Below are positions 9,763-20,819 of a DNA stretch of 20,819 nucleotides, in pieces. The DNA lies in assembly GCA_048213135.1 (NCBI GenBank), contig PS015058.1:182042-202860 (forward strand), read 5' to 3'. The stretch's first letter is position 1. Every line of letters begins with the position of its first letter. The notes beneath the pieces are model-generated. The model did no database searches. It was not told the DNA's origin and saw only the letters and a list, made by a program, of their open reading frames with translations. The stretch comes from Reclinomonas americana ATCC 50394 (lineage: Eukaryota). Both the position numbers and the translations under genes were made by a program.

Positions 9763-12700
9763 ATGTTCAAGCCGTACAAGACGGCTCCGGCGCCCATCAG
9801 CGTGCGACCGCGACCACCGTCTGGCTCGATTTTTGCCTCACCGACGGCGACTCCACAGAATGCCAGTGATCGAACACCCAGGTGACACTCACAGTACTCA
9901 CACATCGGTGACCGCACTCACTCATTCACTCACTCTTACCACGTCTCAGTCGCTTCGCGGACCCAGCAGCCGAGGTTGCAGTTTCGTCAGAGATCCATCA
10001 ATCTGTTTCATCACAATCCTCTCCCCTTCTCTCTCACTCACTCTCGCACACAGCGACGACGACGAGAGCTCATCCTCGGCTACTCGGTGCCGCTCCAGAG
10101 CGAGGAGACATTCGGTACATCACACTCTGTCCATCTCTCTCCCTTTACCCACACTGATAAGCTGACTATGAGATCATCTCCTCTCCAGCTGCGGTAATCA
10201 AGCAAGTGCGCATCAAGCTGCACGCCGACGCACGGCAAGACCTGCGGCGCGTGCTCACCTCCGACGAGGGCATGGCGGTGTTCTACTCGCTCTTCTGGCT
10301 CGTGTACTGCCGCCTCATCACGCCGCTCACGACCGTGGAGGAGCAGAGGACTCTGCTGGCGCGCCTCTCCAAGGCGACGGCCGAGTTTCAGGATACGATT
10401 GAGAAGAAGACGAGCTGGGTGATGAAGGTGGGCTGGAGTCCACTCTTTGGACTCCAAGTTGTGATCTCATGTGTGGCCCCCATCGCAGCACATCCACGCC
10501 CTGTGGGCGCAGTCCTGTGTACTTGCCTTCCACATGGTGCTGCCGTCGGTGGCCGTCGGCTTCACACCGCGCACTGAGCTCGACATTTACCAGACGGTGA
10601 TGTTCCTGTTCACTGGCGTGCAGCTCGGCAACAAGACACTCGACAAGATCCGCCGCCGTCTCTTTGTGCCCGGCGAGAAGGACATGTGGGTGGACGAGGA
10701 GAACGAGGAGGAGGAGGCGTCGACGCTGCGCTTCCGGCCGAAGCTGCCGCCACTGGAAAAGTACACGCCCGAGTGGTTCCTCACTCCCGCGGTCGCCGAG
10801 CAGTACCTCGAGTCTCTGCAAGTGAGCGAAATGGAGGCGAACGCCAGCAAGGCCGCAGCCGCAGCCTCCGGCACCATCTCCCACTACATTCATCTCAGTC
10901 ACAGCAGCAGCTCCGCTCTGGCCGCGGACGGACTCGACACCGATGTGGCGGTCGGACCGCGCCCGGCCACCGCACATCAGGCCTCCACGTTTATCACGGA
11001 GGCGCATGCGGATGTTGCGTTGGGCATGAGACAGTCACTCTGCTTCCTTTCAGCGTGCGTCTTTCCCACATTGTTCCTTTCCCTTCGCCTGCTCCCATTT
11101 GCCTTTCTTCTCCCTTTGCACCATCTGCACTGTCACCAGCACTCTCTCTTCTGTCCCTCCACCCTTGTGTTGCATTTCACTTCTCTCGTCTGTCTCTTCT
11201 TGTTTGTGCTCACGGAATTTATTTGATGCAGGGACCTCGCGAGCTGCGAACAGAGGTCATGGTCGTTCCGCCAGTGGTCGACACCACAGTGCGGGATCCC
11301 GTGCAGGCCAGTAATTTCGATAATCTGCGAGCCGAGGAGAGAGAGTTGCGGCGGTATAGTGTGCTGTGGTGCGCTGCTGAAGGTTGCTAAATCACGGTGT
11401 AGACGAGCCATGCGCGTGTTCGACACGTACACTTTGAGTCCCGTCGTGCAAAACCTGGTCAAGGGTCGCCGACTGAATGTCTCCACGTCCGTGAGCGGCC
11501 GTTTCTACGTGCCACTGCGTGAGGAGAGTCGTCTCGATCCCTCGCATAACCGCCTCAAGAGCAGCTCGTTGCACTTTCTCGGTGAGCACGCACCGACGAC
11601 ACTGCTTGCTGTTGCATCTGCTCATCGCTTCTTCGCAGCTCCCGAAGAGGTCGATCCAGGCAAGGCGGCAGCGCCAGGCACCACACAACAACTCTTTGCC
11701 GAGTACAACACCAACGGTGACCCGCAAAGGTCACCCGAGGAATCGGCGCAGTCGCCAGAGCCAATGGAGGAGCCGTCACCAGGTGTGTGCGCGAGCGAGT
11801 GCCTGCTTGTGTTTGTGTGTTGTACTCACTGTAGCGATTACAGTGCGAGAGGACGCTGGCCTGTTTCCCGTGACCTTCCTTGTGGCGCACAGCTCCCTTG
11901 ATCCGTCAGTCACCAAGGGACCGCGACCACCACCGTCTGTGTTGGAAAAGGACGAGACTCTGCGCGGGATTCCGAGTTGCGCTCTGTCCCCTTGCTGTGC
12001 ACGCAACGCAGATGATTGACTGGGTTGCAGTGCTGCCTCTGCGCGGAGGCAAGCGAGACAAGAACAAGGTGGCGAAGAAGCTCACGTACTGGGAGAGTCT
12101 ATTGAGTTGCGCGCTCCTGCTCTGCATGCACTGGTTGACAGATCATCTCACCATTGCCCACCAGAACTCGACCGCGAAGGCATCACACCGGACCAACGAG
12201 AGGAGCTCACCAAGGAGCTGTTCCGACGCAGCTACCGCACATCCGACTTTCCCGATTACCTCACGTTGCCGGAGAAGGAGGGCCTGAGGTGCGACGATGT
12301 TTATTCTGCATTCCGCGAAGCATGCAAGCCTTGCTTTCCCCTTATCTTCCCCTTGTCTTCCCCTTGTCTTCCCCCTTGGCCTCTCCCCTTCGCTTCCCCC
12401 GTCTCCTTCCCCCTTCGTCTTTTCTCTTCACCCTCCCCCCTTTGCTTCCCTTTTGCTTCCTCAGTTGTGATGATCTCCACGCCAAACTTTCTTTCGCTTC
12501 CCCCTTCGTCTCCCCCCTTTGCTTCCCCACATCTTTTCCCCTTCGTCTCCCCCCTTCGGTCTTCCTCCTTCGGTCTTCCCCCATCGTCTTCCCCCATCGT
12601 CTTCCCCCATCGTCTTCCCCCATCGTCTTCCCNNNNNNNNNNNNNNNNNNNNNNNNNNNNNNNNNNNNNNNNNNNNNNNNNNNNNNNNNNNNNNNNNNNN

Positions 12701-15700
12701 NNNNNNNNNNNNNNNNNNNNNNNNNNNNNNNNNNNNNNNNNNNNNNNNNNNNNNNNNNNNNNNNNNNNNNNNNNNNNNNNNNNNNNNNNNNNNNNNNNNN
12801 NNNNNNNNNNNNNNNNNNNNNNNNNNNNNNNNNNNNNNNNNNNNNNNNNNNNNNNNNNNNNNNNNNNNNNNNNNNNNNNNNNNNNNNNNNNNNNNNNNNN
12901 NNNNNNNNNNNNNNNNNNNNNNNNNNNNNNNNNNNNNNNNNNNNNNNNNNNNNNNNNNNNNNNNNNNNNNNNNNNNNNNNNNNNNNNNNNNNNNNNNNNN
13001 NNNNNNNNNNNNNNNNNNNNNNNNNNNNNNNNNNNNNNNNNNNNNNNNNNNNNNNNNNNNNNNNNNNNNNNNNNNNNNNNNNNNNNNNNNNNNNNNNNNN
13101 NNNNNNNNNNNNNNNNNNNNNNNNNNNNNNNNNNNNNNNNNNNNNNNNNNNNNNNNNNNNNNNNNNNNNNNNNNNNNNNNNNNNNNNNNNNNNNNNNNNN
13201 NNNNNNNNNNNNNNNNNNNNNNNNNNNNNNNNNNNNNNNNNNNNNNNNNNNNNNNNNNNNNNNNNNNNNNNNNNNNNNNNNNNNNNNNNNNNNNNNNNNN
13301 NNNNNNNNNNNNNNNNNNNNNNNNNNNNNNNNNNNNNNNNNNNNNNNNNNNNNNNNNNNNNNNNNNNNNNNNNNNNNNNNNNNNNNNNNNNNNNNNNNNN
13401 NNNNNNNNNNNNNNNNNNNNNNNNNNNNNNNNNNNNNNNNNNNNNNNNNNNNNNNNNNNNNNNNNNNNNNNNNNNNNNNNNNNNNNNNNNNNNNNNNNNN
13501 NNNNNNNNNNNNNNNNNNNNNNNNNNNNNNNNNNNNNNNNNNNNNNNNNNNNNNNNNNNNNNNNNNNNNNNGTCTCCCTCGTCTCCCTCGTCTCCCTCGT
13601 CTCCCTCGTCTTCCCCTTCTCTTCCCCCTTCGCTTCCCCCTTCGCTTCCCCCCTTCGGTCTTCCCCCTCTGCTCCCCCTCTCACTCGCGTGCCTGCAGAA
13701 AAATGTATGCCGACCGAGTCAAGCGACAGGAGCGGAAGCAGCGCAAGGGATCACTCGGCAACCTGGACGACTTGGCTGGTGAGCTCCTCCTCGCTCGCGC
13801 ACCCTGCCCCCTCCCTTTCTATTTCGACTCACCACCACTCGGCAACGCAGCGGTGGCCTTGGGTGGCAACCTGGATGACGAGACCGACGAGGAGGCGGAG
13901 ACAGGCGTGCGCCAGCGTGCTGCCGTCGAGCAAGCCGAGGCACATCTGGCGGAGAGCATACCGAAACCGTGTGGTAGCGTCTGCTGATCACCACCCATCG
14001 TCACCACGATCCCTTGTCGTCACTGACCTTTCCGCTGTGCACAGCCAAAAACGAGGAGTACATGAGCACCCTGCAGCAGCGTGTGGAAGCCGAGGCGCGC
14101 TTCGATGCCACTCGTGCGCGTCTGGAGAGTGACCTCTCGCGCAATCGCCGCAAGGTCAAGATCAAGCTGCAGAAGCTCACCGAAACATGCAAAAAGGTGG
14201 TTCGTGAAGGACCGCAGACCATGCAGCGTCTCGTTCAGGAGCAAAGTTGCGTCGCTTTGTCACGACTGCATGGCGCCGCGTGCACGCTGACACGCGAGTG
14301 ACGCACGCACGCAGAGATCGAGATGGAGAAGCGGGGAGGAGAGCGCAATCTGCCACCCACCCTGCGCGCTCTCGTGCACCGACTGCCGACGCAAGCACAC
14401 TTGGCGCGTGCGCGACTCAGCCGCGGTCAGCACGTGGCCAGCGAGGAGGACCGAGAGCGAGTGATGCTCGAGTCGACCAAGGCCGGCAACAGCACCCAGG
14501 CATTCATCGACGACGTCGAGCTGCTGTTGAACAATGACCGCCGAGGTGCGCTATCCCCAACCCCCACCTATCCACCTTGCCCATATTCTTACCTCTTGTG
14601 GTGTGGAGCAGAACAAGCGGAGCAGAGCAAGCCTGCCGCTGATGACTCGGGGTCGGAGGCCGCGGCCTCCACGTACCGCTCGAAAACGTCGAGTCGTGTG
14701 GGTTCGTCGGGTCTGCGACGCAGCCGGCTGCAGTCGCGCCTCGACGTGAAGCGCCCGCATGGTCGACCGCGCTCAACAAGTTCCGTGGCCACTTCCTCCT
14801 CCTCGACAGCACCATTCGACTACGGTGTCGATCAGGAGGAGGAAAGTGAGGAGGGCAGTGACGATGACGACGACGACGATGATGATGACGACGACGATGT
14901 CGACGACGAAGATGTCGACGACGATGTTGACGACGATGACGGTGACAGCGAAGTGGCGATTGTGGCGATGCGAGTCGGGAAGGGCGCGACGGCCGGAGAC
15001 GACAGCAGCAAGACCACCAGCCGCGCATCGTCTGCTTCAAAGAGACCAAAATCCGCGACCGGTACCACAGCAGCGGCGACTGCGACCACTGCGTCGACGA
15101 CCACAACCACTGCGGCCTCGGCGGCGGGCACGCCCGGACGAAATTCGCCTCCTCCGCCAGCGGCCGTGGCTGGTGGCGCGCGGCGAGGATCGGGCGGTGT
15201 GCGACTGCGCATTCCCGGCTACCACGACTCCGACATTCTCGTGTCGACGCCCGCTCGCAACTCGCAGCTACGCAACGTGGAGCCCTCGAAGGGACGCCGT
15301 CGCCTCCAGCCCATCGACACGACTCACACCAGCAGCAGCAGTGGCGGTCCGTCGGCGTTCTCCTCGCAGGGTGCCTCACCGTCGTCCACCTACACCAACA
15401 GCCCTGTGCACGAGTTGCTGACTTCGGCGTTGGACGAGTCGGTCACAGCAGCGCCGAGTGTACTCGGGCACATTCGAGCGCACGATATGCCGCGCCACTC
15501 ACTGGCGGTGATGGGCGCCAGCTCGGCCTCGCTGCTGTCGGACCGGAAACGCACGTTTTCGCGCACGCCCGAGATGATGATGGCGCACATTAACACGCTG
15601 AATCAGTTGCCGAGTCCGACCTCCATGGCCGCAGCGCCGCGTGCCTCCTTCTCGGCCAGCTCGAGCTCCGGAGCACTGCTTTCCGCCACCGGTCCACGGC

Positions 15701-16556
15701 CGACGCTCAACACGACGACGCTGGTGCGCATGCTGGAGGAGCGCAAGCTGAATGCACCGGTGCGATCGGAGAAGAAGGACTTGCCGGAGGATGTCATCCC
15801 CGAGGACATGCACGACCTCGTACTCAGCATCGTGCGTCTCGGTGGCGGCGTGCACATGTGCGGCGTGCAGCACCCCGAGTACACGAAAGACGAGGTGCAG
15901 CGGGAGGCGGCCAAGTCGTTTCGTGTTTACCCACAGTTGTGTACTCGCCCTCCTAAAACTGACACACAAAACTGCAGTGCGATCGAGGAGTACAAGCGCG
16001 AGAAAGGTCTGCGAGTCAAGGAACTCAGCGAGGAGCAGTACATCGCGCTCGGTGTGATGCCGGTGCTGCAGGCCGAGGATAGCGTGATGGACGAGTACTT
16101 CAATTCGACGAGCAAGGCCGCCAGCATTGCCACCGAAGTCACCAGCACTCTGCGTGATGTGGCGCGCTTCTCCCGCGACCTCGACGCGGCACTCAAGTTG
16201 TGTCGACCTTGTTCGTCTGCCAGACAATCTCTCTCTCGCTTACTCACCTTCGGCCCAACCGCAGAGATGCCACGCGACGCACCGGCAAGCGCATCCTTCG
16301 CCGCCTCAAGCTCGACCCGTCGTTCAACACGCCCACGCCAGTGGAGCGTGCGCGCGAGCAAGCAGACAGAAGGCATCGCCTCGGCCGCTCACCGGAGATC
16401 CCCGAGGCCCTGCGGCCACCAAAGGGTTTCTCCGCATGCGGCGGCAGCACCAGGTCCTCCAGCCTCCCACCACCTCAAATATCGCGATCGCTCTTCCTGA
16501 ACATGGTGCGCTCCAATCCAGCTGCTGGCGGCAGCGAAGAACCACCCAAATCGTAA
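9763..16556 (+). CDS. FAM227-like (FWWh domain) protein with a long low-complexity C-terminal extension; about 17 exons: 9763-9881, 9950-9980, 10054-10114, 10189-10427, 10489-11013, 11232-11353, 11403-11782, 11844-~11938, 12012-12105, 12165-12288, 13699-13778, 13851-13973, 14045-14245, 14315-14545, 14612-15917, 15978-16196, 16265-16556
   Basis: In-frame GT-AG exon chain. The N-terminal part has SLFWLVY...Q..LLARLS...LWAQSCVLAFHMVLPS...F...IYQTVMFLFTGV and VFDTYTLSPVV, which resemble FAM227/FWWh from memory. Several donors and the 11783-12011 region are ambiguous, and the N gap at 12633-13571 could hide exons. Confidence 0.65.
12330..13680. repeat. Pyrimidine-rich degenerate minisatellite (CATCGTCTTCCCC, GTCTCCCTC, CTTCGCTTCCCC units) flanking an assembly gap in an intron
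   Basis: Tandem 13-mers at about 12582-12632 and 9-mers at 13572-13610; N gap at 12633-13571. Confidence 0.9.
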
Positions 16557-16591
16557 AGGAAAAAACCCAATTGTTATCAAAACATGGTGCC

Positions 16592-19149
16592 TCATTCACT
16601 ACTGCTGAGGAGCGAGACGATGCATCCGACCGAGTCTGCGATGGCGGGTGTGAGGGGAAGGGAGAGAGCGGATATGAAAAAGCGATAACACTGTACCGAT
16701 CGAGTACGTGGGGTTTGTTTGCACAATTTCGTCGCGGTGCAACTCGGGATGTGTGACGCCTGAGTACATGGTGTGTGAGAGCGGGGAAGGAGAGAGGAAA
16801 GGAGGAAGTGGAAAGGGGGAAGACGGAAGGGGGAAGTGGAGAGGGAGTAGTGGAAGGGGGGAGGTGGAAAGGGGGGAGTGGAAAGGGGGAAGTGGAAGGG
16901 GGAAGCGGAAAATTGAGAGTGAGTGAGAAGGGGGAAGTGCAAGGGGGAAGTTGAAAGGGGGAAGTGGAAGGGGGAAGTGGAAGGGGGAAGTGGAAGGGGG
17001 AAGTGGAAGGGGGAAGTGGAAGGGGGAAGTGGAAGGGAGAAGTGGAAAGGGGGAAAGTGGAAAGGAGGATGTGGAAAGGAGGAAGTGGAAGGGGGAAGTG
17101 GAAGGGGGAAAGTAGAGAGGGGGAAGTGGAAAGGGGGCAGTGGAAAGGGGCAGTGGAAAGGGGGAAGTGGAAAGGGGAAGTGGAAAGGGGGAAGTGGAAA
17201 AGGGGAAGTGGAAAGGGGGGAAGCGAAACAGGGAAGTGGGAAGGGGGACGTGGAAAGGGGAAGGGGAAAGGGAGAAGTGGAAAGGGGGAAGAGAAAAGGT
17301 GGAAGTGGAAAGGGGGAAAGGAAAGTGGGAGTGGAAAGGGGCAAGTGGAAAGGGGGATGTGGAAAGTGGAAGACAGGAAAGTGGAAAAAAGGGGGGTGGA
17401 AAGGGGGGAAGTGATTAAGGGGAGGTGGAAAGGGGGAGGTGGAAAGGGGAAATGAAAAAAGGGGGAAGTGGAAAGGGGAAATGAGAACAGGGGGACGTGG
17501 AAGGGGGAAGTGGAAGGGGGAAGCGGAAGGGGGAAGTGGAAGGGGGAAGTGGAAGGGGGAAGCGGAAGGGGGAAGTGGAAGGGGGGAAGTGACGTGGAAG
17601 TGAAAATGGAGTGGAAGGGGGGAATTGGAAAGGGGGAAGTGACGTGGAAGTGAAAAGGGGGAAGTGGAAAGTGGAAGGGAAGGGGACATTGAGAACGAAC
17701 CTGTATACGCCAGCATGCTGTGGATACCAGCTGCCTGCGCAAACATAATGTCGGTGTCGAGTCGGTCACCAATCATGCAACTGCGTGCTGGATCAAAATT
17801 CTTGCTGTCCGTTCAAGAGATGTGAGATGAAAGTAAGCGCCACATGCGCGACATCGTGTCACGCAACGCATGAGAGATAATCTCCCAGAACAGCGCCATG
17901 GGTTTGCCGACCACAACTGGCGTTCGCTCGGCTGCCGTCGCGATGCACGCCAGAATAGCACCCGCACCAGGCAGCAATCGATCGCCATGCGGCTGTCAAA
18001 CCCACGGTGAGTCTCATTGCCCTGCTCGCACACACTGGATGAGCATGCGCAACATAGGTCGCGTCGGGATTGGTGGCCACAAACTGGCAGCCGGCATTCT
18101 CGCGCAGACAGCTCACAGCGTACGCGCACTTTTCGAGGTCGAATGACGAGTCAAATGCCGAAACCACCACGGCAATCTGCGCGAAAAGAAGTGAGCATTG
18201 GAGGGTGGTAGCGTGGGGAGACTCGGACTACACCTCGGGATCAACTCGTCGCTTGGCAAACTCCGACTCGATGTACTTGCCCGAGCACACCGCTGCGGGG
18301 GAGAGTGAGAAGAGGAGAGCGTGCACGAGAGTGCGGAGGAAGCAGAGAGCGCAACTCTCAGCCGCAACGCAGTGGCAACCGAGCTCCGTGAGTTCCGTCA
18401 ACATGCCGCTCTCGCCAATGATCAGCGCCTTGTGCGTGTCGAGATTGTTGCTCTTGAGGTACAAGCCGACTGTGATGCGTAAGCAATGCTGAGTATTATC
18501 AAACCACAGACAGTTATGTGGGAGAAGTAACAGCACACCTGCATATGCCGAGGTGAAGATCTCCGGCTGAGAGGAGCATGAGTGAGAAGGAGGGTGGGAG
18601 GGGGAAGGGGGAAGTGGGAAAGGGGAAACAATTGCAGACATCTGTGCGCACTCTCTCTCAGCAGTCATGAGGTCGGAGAGCTGGTCACGAAGCGCTGGCA
18701 GATACACAAGGCCTCTCTCAGACTGCTCTGTTGCGGTGACTACAACAACGAGAAGAGAGAGATGCAGAAGCTCTTCATGCAGTCTCGGAAAAGTACGCAA
18801 TGCACTGCGAAATACACAAAGCCTCTCAATCGTTGTAAGTCTCTGTCTGCGGCTGCAACAACGAAAGGAGAGAGCAAGAGTAATGGCAGAGTTCAAAGCA
18901 GCAGTCTGTGTAATGTGTTGCGCTTTCTCTCTTCTCTGCATGCAGCCATGAGTTCGGAGAGCGACAAGGAGCAGAGTAATGCAGTGGCAAATACCAAGGC
19001 CTTTTTCATTCACTCGTCGGCAGTCAGTCTCTGCCAGTTCTGTCGCGGCGTAGAAAGAGAGAGAGAGAGAGAGCGAGAAAGAGAGATGTGGCAGAGTTCA
19101 AAGCAGCAGTATTTCTTATCCTTCGTGCGTATGAGTGATATGCGCAAGT

Positions 19150-19184
<35 letters not shown>

Positions 19185-20340
19185 NNNNNNNNNNNNNNNN
19201 NNNNNNNNNNNNNNNNNNNNNNNNNNNNNNNNNNNNNNNNNNNNNNNNNNNNNNNNNNNNNNNNNNNNNNNNNNNNNNNNNNNNNNNNNNNNNNNNNNNN
19301 NNNNNNNNNNNNNNNNNNNNNNNNNNNNNNNNNNNNNNNNNNNNNNNNNNNNNNNNNNNNNNNNNNNNNNNNNNNNNNNNNNNNNNNNNNNNNNNNNNNN
19401 NNNNNNNNNNNNNNNNNNNNNNNNNNNNNNNNNNNNNNNNNNNNNNNNNNNNNNNNNNNNNNNNNNNNNNNNNNNNNNNNNNNNNNNNNNNNNNNNNNNN
19501 NNNNNNNNNNNNNNNNNNNNNNNNNNNNNNNNNNNNNNNNNNNNNNNNNNNNNNNNNNNNNNNNNNNNNNNNNNNNNNNNNNNNNNNNNNNNNNNNNNNN
19601 NNNNNNNNNNNNNNNNNNNNNNNNNNNNCCTCCTCTCTCTCTCTCTCTCTCTGTCTGTCTGTCTCCCTGCAGTCAAGGAGTTCAGAGAGCGGCACAGAGC
19701 AGAGCGCAATGCACTGGAAGATACACAAGGCCTCTCTCGTTGTAAGTCTCTGTCTGCGGCTGCAACAACGAGAGGAGAGAGACAAGTGGAAGAGTTCAAA
19801 GCAGCAGTCTGTGAGACGTGTTGCGTTCTCGTTTTCTCTCCACGCAGTCATGAGTTCTGAGTGACTGCAGGATACACAAGGCCTCTCTCTCGAACGGGTG
19901 TCAGTCTAGTTGAGAGCGGAAAGAGAGACAAGTGGAAGAGTTCAAAGCAGCAGCATGTGTAATGTGTTGTGTTCTCTCTCTCTCTCTCTTCTCTCCCCTC
20001 CCTCCCCCCCTCCCCTCCCCCTCCCTCTCCCTCTCTCCCCCACCCACTCACCACCGTCGACTCATAACCCATCGAATTCAGCTTCTGCATCACTCCCTCA
20101 CGCGACAACCGACTGCTGTTCGTCACAAACGTCACCGACTTTCCCATGTTGCGCAGCATACACACAGCCTCCGGAGCTCCCTCAATCACATCATGCCCGC
20201 GATACAACACACCTGAAAAACAAACAAACAAAGAGAGAGAGAAGGGGGAAGAGGAGGAGGAGGAGGAGGAGGAGGGCCAGAGAGGGAGGAAAGAGCAGTG
20301 AGTGTGCCTGTGTGTGTGAGAGAGAGAGAGAGTGTCTGTG

Positions 20341-20374
<34 letters not shown>

Positions 20375-20678
20375 GTTCACACACTTGCACTCTCTGCTAT
20401 CACGCCTAAGTCGGCGCCTAAGTTGACAACTACTCTGCATTACCTCTCTCTCTCTCTTTCTCTGTCTGTCTCAGTCTCTCTCAGTCTCTTTCTCTCTCTC
20501 TCTCTTTCTCACACTTGCACACACACACTCTCTCTCACTCACACAGAGAGACACAGAAAAGAGAGGCCCGAGACAAAAAATGCAAACCATCACAATCAAA
20601 CAAAAAGTTATCATACTTGCGCGTCAACTCCTCAACAGCCTCGCGACTAGCAAGATGCACAGTCTCCGCAACACTCAT
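16592..20678 (-). CDS. PGP: HAD-superfamily subclass IIA phosphatase (phosphoglycolate / pyridoxal / 4-nitrophenyl phosphatase), about 303 aa; exons 20588-20678, 20052-20212, 18539-18566, 18356-18469, 18234-18292, 18054-18176, 17868-17992, 17701-17804, 16697-16759, 16592-16635
   Basis: Motif I FLFDCDGVL, FVTNSS, EIFTSAYA, FVATNPD, PGAGAI, VVGKP, motif IV MIGDRLDTDI, and YTGVT. Ten exons sum to 912 nt in frame. An upstream in-frame ATG at 20759 is an alternative start. Confidence 0.92.
16783..17688. repeat. (GGGGGAAGTGGAA)-type degenerate minisatellite filling PGP intron 8
   Basis: Dozens of 13-14 bp units are directly visible. Confidence 0.95.
18660..19970. repeat. Diverged multi-copy complex repeat inside PGP intron 2
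   Basis: GATACACAAGGCCTCTCTC at 18701, 19720 and 19871 (variant at about 18812). AGAGTTCAAAGCAGCAG at about 18888, 19093, 19791 and 19937. 18775-18911 and 19670-19812 are near-identical. Confidence 0.85.
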
Positions 20679-20730
20679 ATCTCTCACACAAAAACAACTT
20701 TTCTCAACACTCGGGGCTGTCTGGGACAAA

Positions 20731-20790
20731 AGATCCAATCTTTTTTGAGCGAGCTCCATTCTTTTTGTCCGAGATCCATTCTTTTTGAGC
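20731..20790. repeat. Three imperfect 20-bp tandem repeats upstream of PGP
   Basis: agatccaatcttttttgagc / gagctccattctttttgtcc / gagatccattctttttgagc. Confidence 0.8.
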
Positions 20791-20819
20791 CTTGCTCCTG
20801 ATGTTGTGTGTGTGTGTGT

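Noticed and set aside
11002-11013. GC-AG intron donor (GAG|GCGCAT)
   Set aside because: An in-frame T|GTTGCGT donor at 11014 fits the dominant shifted class, so a GC donor is not needed, though it is not excluded.
16324-17776. Long P/F-rich and G/K/W-rich ORFs on both strands
   Set aside because: Translation of the intronic GGGGGAAGTGGAA minisatellite.

Overview
Gene-dense, intron-rich eukaryotic (probably protist) genomic DNA with short GT-AG introns, long microsatellite-filled introns and several N gaps. I reconstructed five spliced genes by hand. (1) A small membrane protein with a mitochondrial-type presequence (minus, 303-1919). (2) Head-to-head with it, phosphoserine aminotransferase, also with a presequence (plus, 1964-4069). 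(3) A large NLR/STAND-like gene with the architecture ubiquitin-like + HEPN (RNELVH) + NACHT + pentapeptide repeats + 14 conserved WD40 repeats (plus, about 4463-9215). (4) A FAM227/FWWh-like gene (plus, 9763-16556). (5) A HAD-IIA phosphoglycolate/pyridoxal phosphatase (minus, 16592-20678). The most interesting signals are the HEPN-armed NLR-like receptor, a systematic +1-shifted 5' splice-site class (H|GTTKYGY) used whenever the exon does not end in G, and a candidate structured ncRNA with an Sm-like site at 4160-4445. Gene models are inferred from frame, splice signals and remembered family motifs, with no database search or transcript data.
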